Source: Salinivirgaceae bacterium (GTDB lineage: Bacteria; Bacteroidota; Bacteroidia; Bacteroidales; SZUA-534). From it: 64,000 bases of DNA. The position numbers and the translations under genes were made by a program. Below are positions 57,185-64,000 of the stretch, in pieces. Position 1 is the stretch's first letter, and each line of letters opens with the position of its first letter. The stretch lies in the NCBI GenBank assembly GCA_050251815.1, contig JBFWMB010000012.1:6234-70233 (forward strand), given 5' to 3'. The notes under the pieces were generated by a model that was not told the origin of the DNA, ran no database searches, and saw nothing but the letters and a program-made list of their open reading frames with translations.

Positions 57185-60100
57185 TTAAGGTAGCGGTAAC
57201 GAAAAAAAGAAAGTGCTGCCACTTCCCTCAATACTTGAGCACCAAATTTTGCCTCCGTGCATTTCAATAAATTCTTTGCAAAGAATTAATCCCAAACCAT
57301 TTCCTTTTTCTTTTTCAGTACCCATGGTTGTGTAGTTTTCTTCAATTTTAAACAGTTTGTCTTGTTTTTCGATGGGTATACCCACTCCAGTGTCGCATAT
57401 GCTAATTACAGCAAACGGAGTTTTATTATAAAGCTTAATGTTTGTTTCTATTGTTATAGTACCTGATTTATGCGTATATTTTATGGAATTCGAAATTAGA
57501 TTTCGTAACACAGTTAACAGCATATTGGCATCAGCTTTAACATAAATTTCTTTGGCGCTTTTGTCGATAAGGTTTATTTGTTTGTTTTTTGCTGTTAGCG
57601 ATTGTACTTCAAGAACATCGGTAATAAAGCTTTTAACATTTAAGGGTTGTGGATTAAATTCAATGCGTCCGGTTTGCGTGCGGGCCCAGGCTAGTAGGTT
57701 TTCGACCAGTTTTAATACCTGGTGGCTTGAGCTTGAAAGTAAACCGAGGTAGTTTCCCAGTGTGTTTTGATCGAGCTCTTTAAAATCGTTATGAAGCATA
57801 TTGGCCAAACCTACTAAGCCCGAAAACGGGGAGCGAAGGTCGTGGGCAATTATCGAAAAGAATTTGTCTTTTTGCGCATTTAGTTTTATGAGTTTTTTTT
57901 CGGATTCTTCAATTTTTTTAAGGTTTTGTTTTTGTTTGGTAATGTCTTCTTTTATCGAAATAAAATGGGTAATAGTTCCATCGTCAGAGAAAATGGGCGC
58001 AATTCGAGCTTTTTCACAATAAATTGTTCCATTCTTTTTCTTGTTTTGTAATTCCCCCATCCACACTTTTCCGCTTAAAATGGTATTCCAAAGTTCAGTG
58101 AAGGTTTCGGCCGGGGTATTTCCTGATTTTAATATGCGTGGGGTTTTTCCAAGTGCTTCGGCTTCGGAGTATCCCGTTACCTGACAAAAATATGGATTTA
58201 CATATTCTATAATGCCTCTTTTGTTTGTAATTACAATACTCATGGGAGTATTAATAATTCCGGCCGAAAGTTGGTTAAGTTTTAATTCTTTGTTCTTACG
58301 GTCGGTAATATCGCTGCCAATAACCAAAATAGCTTTTTGTCCTTCATAGTTCATAAGTGCTGCCGAAATATCGAGCCATTTTTCCTGTTTGTTTTTGCAA
58401 ATTATCTGCATCAGGTAATTCGATGGCGATGCTTCGTTGAGTAAACGTTTTTCAGAATAATCGATTATTCTTTTTTTATTTTCGGGATGCAGCAAGTCTG
58501 CCGGATTCATGGTCAGCCCCTCTTCAGCAGAATAACCCGTAATTTTTTCCCAGGCATCATTTACCAATAAAAAGCGTTTGCTGGTTTGTATGCTTATGGC
58601 TGCATTTGAATGCCGAAAAATGTTTTGGAATTTTTCCTGGCTAAAGTAGAGCGATTTTACCAGGTGTTTTTGTTGTAAAACAAGGCTGATTAAATTCGCA
58701 TACGAAACGATAAAACTGGAATCGTCAAGCTGCATCCCTTTTGTTCCGATTAACTGAAGAACAGCATACAAATGATCATCCTGCTTTAAGCCAATGGTGT
58801 AAACCTGGCTAATCTGGTATTGCTTATTCAGTTCGTCGATTCGTTCTTTTTTTATGGCGGGGGTTTTAAAATCGAACAGGCCATTTTCAAATTTTGTGAA
58901 TTTTCCACTTTTGAGTAAGTCAATAGTTTTCTGAGGTAACTTTTGAATTGTGCGGGTTAATTCGAAACCCAGAATTGATTCAATATTTTTTCTGCTTTCT
59001 TCTGAAATACCTGCTATACTTACTATGTTTATTGCGTTGGCTTTAGTGTTTAGTTTTAGAGACAACACAATGGCATTGTTTAGTTTGGTATGTAAATTTT
59101 GAGTTGCGTAATTAAGTATTTGTTCTTCCGATTTTAATTGCAATAATTCAATGGAAGCTTTGCTTAAAAATTTAAATCGCTGTTCACTTTCCAGAATGTT
59201 TTTTTCATTGATTATTTGTTGCGTGATGTCTTGCGATAAGCAACTTACTCCAATTGTTTGGTTTTCTTTTACAATTGGATTAAAATAGGTTTTGGCAAAA
59301 CGGGGAACTCCTTTGAAATTAAATTCATCGGCGAGGGAAAATTTTTCACCGTTTAGCGCTCTTTGGTAGCGCGTTTTCCATATTTCTTGCTGGGCTGGTG
59401 GAACTTTTTCTATGGCGTAAACGCCTTTAGCCAGGTTTACATTAAAAGCAAGTTTGTAATCGTTGGCAAAGTTGGTGTTTACCATAATAATGTTCAGGTC
59501 GGAATCGACAGACCAAATTCGGGCTTCAGTGTTTTCAAGTAGCGCCCTTTGGTTGGCTTCGTTTTCACTTAGATGGATTTCAGCCAGCGTTTGCTGGGTA
59601 ACATCTCTTGAGAAGATAGCAACTCCTACTACTTTTTTTTCAAGCCGAATGGGATTAAAACGAATTTCAACATATTGTGCTACATTTTCAAAATCGAAAT
59701 GTTCGGTCACCGTAAAATTTTCGCCTTTAAGCGCTCGGTCGTAGCGTTCTTTCCACATGGAACGGAGATTCACAGGAACGCAATGGATAATTTCGGAACC
59801 AATTTTTAAATCAACACCATAAGCAATTTTAAATTGTTGTTTAAAGTTGTTATTCAGGGTCTTAATTCGGTAATTGGTATCTATCGACCAAATTACATCC
59901 GATGTATTGTTAATTTGAGCATTCAAACTGGCCTCGTGCTCACTTAATTGCCGCTCAAAGTTTTTTCGTTCGGTTATGTTGCGCGAAACTCCTACAATTC
60001 CCTCAAAATTACCATCGTCAGAAAAGTATGGAGTTGTTATTGTTTCAAGAGTTACGGTAGTTCCCAGGCTATTGAAAACCTCAAATTCCCATCTTTTTTC

Positions 60101-60406
60101 TGTTTTATCATTTATGTCGGCAATCCTATTGTCGATAGCTTTTCGAATTATATCGAGGGTAGTTGGCGGGCAAAACGAGTGAAGCGATTTTTTTATTAGC
60201 ATTTTGTCAGTAAAGCCTAAAATACGATTTACCGATGGGCTAACCCAGGTAATGTCAAAGTGCTTGTTCATTACCCAAATAAAATCGTTGATGTGATTTA
60301 ATAAAAGTGCATATTTTTGGTTCGACTCCGTAAGAGTTTCAATGGTTTCCATTGCTTTAGCCAGTTGCTGCTTAAGACTATACAGCTCCTTCAATGAGTC
60401 ATCCAT
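57185..60406 (-). CDS. Cytoplasmic multi-PAS sensor histidine kinase
   Basis: 1073 aa with no obvious TM segment. It has at least five PAS/PAC-like repeats (repeated ...W..D........N..F....GY...E..G pattern). The HisKA H-box is FFSIIAHDLRSP and the HATPase_c N/G boxes are LISNSIKYT and GNGLGLILCKEFIEMHGG. Confidence 0.85.
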   Translation of the reverse strand: MDDSLKELYSLKQQLAKAMETIETLTESNQKYALLLNHINDFIWVMNKHFDITWVSPSVNRILGFTDKMLIKKSLHSFCPPTTLDIIRKAIDNRIADINDKTEKRWEFEVFNSLGTTVTLETITTPYFSDDGNFEGIVGVSRNITERKNFERQLSEHEASLNAQINNTSDVIWSIDTNYRIKTLNNNFKQQFKIAYGVDLKIGSEIIHCVPVNLRSMWKERYDRALKGENFTVTEHFDFENVAQYVEIRFNPIRLEKKVVGVAIFSRDVTQQTLAEIHLSENEANQRALLENTEARIWSVDSDLNIIMVNTNFANDYKLAFNVNLAKGVYAIEKVPPAQQEIWKTRYQRALNGEKFSLADEFNFKGVPRFAKTYFNPIVKENQTIGVSCLSQDITQQIINEKNILESEQRFKFLSKASIELLQLKSEEQILNYATQNLHTKLNNAIVLSLKLNTKANAINIVSIAGISEESRKNIESILGFELTRTIQKLPQKTIDLLKSGKFTKFENGLFDFKTPAIKKERIDELNKQYQISQVYTIGLKQDDHLYAVLQLIGTKGMQLDDSSFIVSYANLISLVLQQKHLVKSLYFSQEKFQNIFRHSNAAISIQTSKRFLLVNDAWEKITGYSAEEGLTMNPADLLHPENKKRIIDYSEKRLLNEASPSNYLMQIICKNKQEKWLDISAALMNYEGQKAILVIGSDITDRKNKELKLNQLSAGIINTPMSIVITNKRGIIEYVNPYFCQVTGYSEAEALGKTPRILKSGNTPAETFTELWNTILSGKVWMGELQNKKKNGTIYCEKARIAPIFSDDGTITHFISIKEDITKQKQNLKKIEESEKKLIKLNAQKDKFFSIIAHDLRSPFSGLVGLANMLHNDFKELDQNTLGNYLGLLSSSSHQVLKLVENLLAWARTQTGRIEFNPQPLNVKSFITDVLEVQSLTAKNKQINLIDKSAKEIYVKADANMLLTVLRNLISNSIKYTHKSGTITIETNIKLYNKTPFAVISICDTGVGIPIEKQDKLFKIEENYTTMGTEKEKGNGLGLILCKEFIEMHGGKIWCSSIEGSGSTFFFSLPLP

Positions 60407-60528
60407 GGTGCAGAATAGATTACCTTTGTCCTTGAATTTTTTTGATGTTTGCTTCCTGTAAATATAGAACTAAATTAGGTAAGTTTTACCACAATAAAAA
60501 ATATTCCTGTTAAGTAACGGTAATGGAT

Positions 60529-61452
60529 TTATGACGGGTTGAAGTTTTTCTTCTTTTTGTTATATATCAGTGTTGTTCGTTTTGTTTGTCCTAAGTATAG
60601 TCCTAACAATACAACTATTATTCCCAGGAATTTGTAAGTGGTTAGGGTTTCCCCAAACTTTAGGTACGCAAACAGTGCAGTAAACAAGGGAATGGTGTTT
60701 GTAAATAAACTGGCTTTGGTAATTCCAATGGTTTTAATGGAATAGGTAAACAATACATAAGCAAGCGAAGAGCCAAAAAGGCTAAGGTAAATTAGGTTTA
60801 ATACGATGGTTTGGGTAAACGGAGCCGTTACAAAATGTTTGTAATCGAAAATAAAAAAGAAGGGCAAAAAGTAAAAAAAACCAAACAGGTTTTGCCAACT
60901 GATAATGGTAAACGCATTGTACTTGTTAGTTAACCTTACAATAATTGCTGAATAACCTAGGGCTGAAAGCACGGCGCCAACTAATATTAACAGACCAAGA
61001 ATTGAGCCTTCGAATATAAAATTCTTGCCCAGCAAAACCATAATTACACCGATAAATGAAATAAGGATGCCCCAAAAATTATACATGGTTATGGTTTGGC
61101 GAAAAAACAGGTAAGCTACCAACGGAGTAAAAACTGGTATAGTTGATATTATAACAGCAGCAACCGTGGGCGAAACCATACTTACGCCGTAACTCTCGGC
61201 CAGAAAATATAAAAATGGTTGAAATAACGATAACAAAAGCAACCAGCCAAAATCTTTCCGATTGGGAATTTGCAGTTTTTTAATAACGCGCGAAAAAAAT
61301 AATAAAAATAGGGAAGAAAACAACAGGCGAATGGTCATTACCGAAATGGGCCTGAGTGCTTCAAAAACAATTTTGTACCAAATATAAGTAGCGCTCCAAA
61401 AAAGCATGGCAAGTATAACTATGCCATACACCATGTATTTTTTAGGTAACAT
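60529..61452 (-). CDS. EamA/DMT-family transporter
   Basis: 307 aa with 10 TM segments. Confidence 0.8.
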   Translation of the reverse strand: MLPKKYMVYGIVILAMLFWSATYIWYKIVFEALRPISVMTIRLLFSSLFLLFFSRVIKKLQIPNRKDFGWLLLLSLFQPFLYFLAESYGVSMVSPTVAAVIISTIPVFTPLVAYLFFRQTITMYNFWGILISFIGVIMVLLGKNFIFEGSILGLLILVGAVLSALGYSAIIVRLTNKYNAFTIISWQNLFGFFYFLPFFFIFDYKHFVTAPFTQTIVLNLIYLSLFGSSLAYVLFTYSIKTIGITKASLFTNTIPLFTALFAYLKFGETLTTYKFLGIIVVLLGLYLGQTKRTTLIYNKKKKNFNPS

Positions 61453-61534
61453 TCGTTTTTTCTATTTTATTTTTGCTTTTTTACGGATGCAAATATGGCA
61501 TTAAAAATTTGATGATTGCAAAAATTATTATGTA

Positions 61535-62680
61535 ATGGAAACGGATATTCAGCATTTAATAAATATAAGACAAACCTTACATCAAAATCCTGAACTATCG
61601 GGTTTCGAAGAATATACCGCCGAAGCTTTAAAGCGAACTATTATAAGGTATCAACCCGATGAGATTATTGACAATTTGGGTGGTTTTGGCCTTGCTTTTG
61701 TTTTTAAAGGATCGGAACCGGGCCCAAATGTATTATTCAGGGCCGATATGGATGCGCTTCCCATAAAAGAGTTAAATATAATTGATTATGCTTCGCGGGC
61801 TCATGGTGTTGGGCATCAATGCGGACACGATGGTCATATGGCTATTTTGGTGGGCTTGGCCGGGCATATCAGTAAAAACCGTCCGCAAAAAGGTAAAGTG
61901 ATTTTGCTGTTTCAACCCGCCGAAGAAACAGGAGAAGGAGCTTTAGCAGTAATTAACGACCCAAATTTTCACCGCATTACTCCTGAATATTGCTACGCTT
62001 TACATAACATTCCGGGTTTTTCAAAAGGAAGCATTCTTTTAAAGAATAACACTTTTACAGCAGCTTCGCAAGGTATAACTGTTAAACTGTTTGGAAAAAC
62101 TTCGCATGCGGCTGAACCTGAAAAAGGAATTAGCCCGGCGCTGGCACTTTCAAAAATTATCGAAGCCATTACCTTGCTGCCGGGTAAAAAGGAATTATTT
62201 ACTGATTATGTTTTGGCAACCATTGTTCATGCCCAACTTGGCGAACGTACTTTTGGAACGACTCCCGGACAGGCTGAAGTACTTATAACTTTGCGTTCAT
62301 TTGAGGATTCCGATATGGATGTGTTAATCCAGCAGGTTGAAAATTCAATAAAAGATATAGCTGATAGCCACGGATTGAAATCGGAACTAAGTTTTACCGA
62401 TATTTATCCAGGCACCCAAAACAATCCATCGCTGGTTCAACAGGTTAAAGAAGGTGCCGAAGAATTGGGTTATGAGATTGTTTTTCTTGATAAGCCCATG
62501 CCCTGGGCCGAAGATTTTTCACAATTCTCAAAATTGTTTAAAAGTGTTTTTTTTGGATTGGGTGCAGGTGAGGATCATCCCAAGCTGCATAATCCTGACT
62601 ACAACTTTCCGGACGATATAATTTCTTATGGTGTTAGCTTGTTTTGCAAAATATATGAGCAACACTTTACTATCCGTTAG
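61535..62680 (+). CDS. M20D-family amidohydrolase (N-acyl-amino-acid/hippurate hydrolase type)
   Basis: 381 aa with LHQNPELSGFE, ADMDALP, HQCGHDGH and FQPAEE motifs. Confidence 0.8.
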   Translation: METDIQHLINIRQTLHQNPELSGFEEYTAEALKRTIIRYQPDEIIDNLGGFGLAFVFKGSEPGPNVLFRADMDALPIKELNIIDYASRAHGVGHQCGHDGHMAILVGLAGHISKNRPQKGKVILLFQPAEETGEGALAVINDPNFHRITPEYCYALHNIPGFSKGSILLKNNTFTAASQGITVKLFGKTSHAAEPEKGISPALALSKIIEAITLLPGKKELFTDYVLATIVHAQLGERTFGTTPGQAEVLITLRSFEDSDMDVLIQQVENSIKDIADSHGLKSELSFTDIYPGTQNNPSLVQQVKEGAEELGYEIVFLDKPMPWAEDFSQFSKLFKSVFFGLGAGEDHPKLHNPDYNFPDDIISYGVSLFCKIYEQHFTIR

Positions 62681-63374
62681 CTTTTTGTAAAGCAAGCGCA
62701 ATAAAATTGCTGAATAAATACTTTCCGGCATTTTTAGCCCATTCACTTTGTTCAGGAGTCCCACAGGTTCCAATGCGGCCATTTCGTCGCCAGTATTCAT
62801 GGGCAATATTCCGGTTAAATTCCGGATGGAACTGTACTCCCCAGCAATTGGATCCATAGCATACCAGGTGGTTGTTGTCTTTGTTGCTATAGGCCAGTGA
62901 TTTTGCTCCAGGCGGTAGTTTCAACACGGTTTGATGGTGTGATGCGTATGTGTAAATAGATGGGGCTTGGAAAAATGATGGTGTTTCAGGCAAATCGTTA
63001 TTTTTGTGTACTTCAATCAAGCCAAATTCGCCACCTTTCGGGTTAACCCCCACTTTTCCTCCCAAGGCTTCGGCAATTATTTGATGTCCAAAACAAATTC
63101 CTAAGAGTGGGATGTTTTGGTTAAAAACTTGACGAATCCAATGCATCAGGTAAATCATCCATGCTGCATTATCGGTAACATCGTCATGAGATCCCGTAAT
63201 TATTACTGCGCCAACCGATTCGGGATTTGGTAATGGCGGTTGATGTTGAATTGTTATGCTTTCGGTTGTAAATGTTCGATTGGGAAGCTGTTTTTTAATA
63301 AGGTCGTCAAAATCGCCATATTTATTCTTTATCGATGCATGAGTGCATCCCGATTTGATGATGATTACCCTCAT
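62670..63374 (-). CDS. Stand-alone class I glutamine amidotransferase domain protein
   Basis: 234 aa with the nucleophile elbow LGICFGHQ and a distal HPE triad region (VQFHPEF). Its 3' end overlaps the convergent M20 gene by 11 nt. Confidence 0.8.
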   Translation of the reverse strand: MRVIIIKSGCTHASIKNKYGDFDDLIKKQLPNRTFTTESITIQHQPPLPNPESVGAVIITGSHDDVTDNAAWMIYLMHWIRQVFNQNIPLLGICFGHQIIAEALGGKVGVNPKGGEFGLIEVHKNNDLPETPSFFQAPSIYTYASHHQTVLKLPPGAKSLAYSNKDNNHLVCYGSNCWGVQFHPEFNRNIAHEYWRRNGRIGTCGTPEQSEWAKNAGKYLFSNFIALALQKANG

Positions 63375-63777
63375 TTTATACAGACAAAGTGATTTAAATA
63401 ATAAAGTCCAAAATACAGCAAGGCTATATTAAAACCTAGCCTTGCTGATTATGGATCTTCACGAATCTTTTTCCATGCCAAACAATTTAAAAAGGTGTTT
63501 TAGCATGAATTTGTTGTTTAGTTGTTGTTGTTAATCAAGTGTAAATTGCATCAAAAAAAAGTCTTATACAAATATTTTTTTGTGGTTGTTTAAAATTATT
63601 CTGTAAGTGTACAATTTTAATTCAACTTAAATGATACTAAATGAAGATGTTGCGCTCTCTATTGTGTTTTGCTTTATTGTCGTACGCAGCTGCCTGTTTT
63701 AGACTTGAAATGCAAAAACAAGTCGGGCTAATTTATTATTCAATTGTAAAAATTTATCAAAAGAGTTGTTTAGCCGG

Positions 63778-64000
63778 CTAAATTTCCGATTCCTGATTTT
63801 TTATGCAGCGAACTGAAATGGCATTTTGTTTTGGTTCGTGGTATTTAAATGCTTTCGATAAACTTTTATGGAAATAGATTTTCCACGCATTGTCACCGGC
63901 TTCGCCCGAAGTCCAGAAGCTAACAGATACATCGGTGTTTTGTATTCCATTGTTATAAAAACCAGGGAAAGTGAGCGATAATTCCTTAACCAGATTGGGA
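63778..64000 (-). CDS. 3' end of a gene truncated by the window edge; the C-terminus resembles the DUF1566/Fibrobacter-paralogous (FISUMP) domain
   Basis: The minus strand, read from nt 63999, gives PNLVKELSLTFPGFYNNGIQNTDVSVSFWTSGEAGDNAWKIYFHKSLSKAFKYHEPKQNAISVRCIKNQESEI, with stop TAG at 63778-63780. The (Y/F)W(T/S)S....AW......S........K....SVRC(I/V)K pattern is typical of that domain. Confidence 0.5.
   Translation of the reverse strand, partial: PNLVKELSLTFPGFYNNGIQNTDVSVSFWTSGEAGDNAWKIYFHKSLSKAFKYHEPKQNAISVRCIKNQESEI

Noticed and set aside
63417-63447. 11-bp perfect hairpin (CAGCAAGGCTA...TAGCCTTGCTG) 43 nt upstream of the amidotransferase start
   Set aside because: It could be the terminator of the upstream minus-strand gene or a 5'-UTR structure. 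The position fits both and there is no further evidence, so it is not reported as a feature.
63641-63781. 46-codon ORF with a signal-peptide-like start (MKMLRSLLCFALLSYAAACF...) in the AT-rich gap at 63.4-63.8 kb
   Set aside because: It is short, has no recognisable homology, and overlaps the stop of the convergently read truncated gene. It cannot be supported from sequence alone.

Overview
This window is a Bacteroidota chromosome segment. The assignment rests on a SusC/SusD pair, SprA, GldH, T9SS C-terminal sorting domains and TAnnTTTG-type promoters. It has four parts.

(1) nt 1-23665 is a one-strand polysaccharide utilization locus that looks built for acetylated galacto(gluco)mannan. It encodes a GH130 tail, SusC, SusD, a T9SS-sorted repeat/CBM9-like binding protein, a GH5 mannanase, a cellobiose/mannobiose 2-epimerase, GH26, GH27, a GH5-SGNH-PKD fusion, a CE2-like esterase, a DUF303-type acetylesterase, another GH5 and a GH3.

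(2) nt 24919-27131 is the most unusual stretch. An intact tRNA-Asn(GUU) is followed by seven further partial copies of its own anticodon-loop-to-T-loop segment. Four of these head tandem ~190-bp noncoding modules with inserted hairpins and their own terminator-like stems. The others bracket a GIY-YIG nuclease pseudogene (in-frame TGA) and a hicAB toxin-antitoxin pair in which hicA has ATA where the start codon should be. A block of nine to ten phased 21-22-bp GATC-rich direct repeats (iteron-like) follows. No integrase or recombinase is visible. I cannot tell from sequence alone whether this is a pile of decayed att scars, a cassette array, or a family of tRNA-derived structured RNAs. It is my top candidate for something undescribed.

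(3) nt 27432-35293 is a XusABC-like xenosiderophore locus (TonB-dependent receptor, DUF4374 lipoprotein, PepSY membrane protein). It also carries a separate CysJ-like flavoprotein reductase and a convergent Fes/IroE-type esterase.

(4) nt 35379-64000 is mostly housekeeping: dus, rnhA, purN, ruvA, sprA, gcvH, trmB, gldH, a PSP1/RicT-like gene, transporters and peptidases. Two oddities stand out here: an aspartate ammonia-lyase with an N-terminal cyclic-nucleotide-binding domain, and an alkyltransferase-like protein lacking the catalytic Cys.

All calls come from reading the translations and the DNA by eye. No database search or computation was run.
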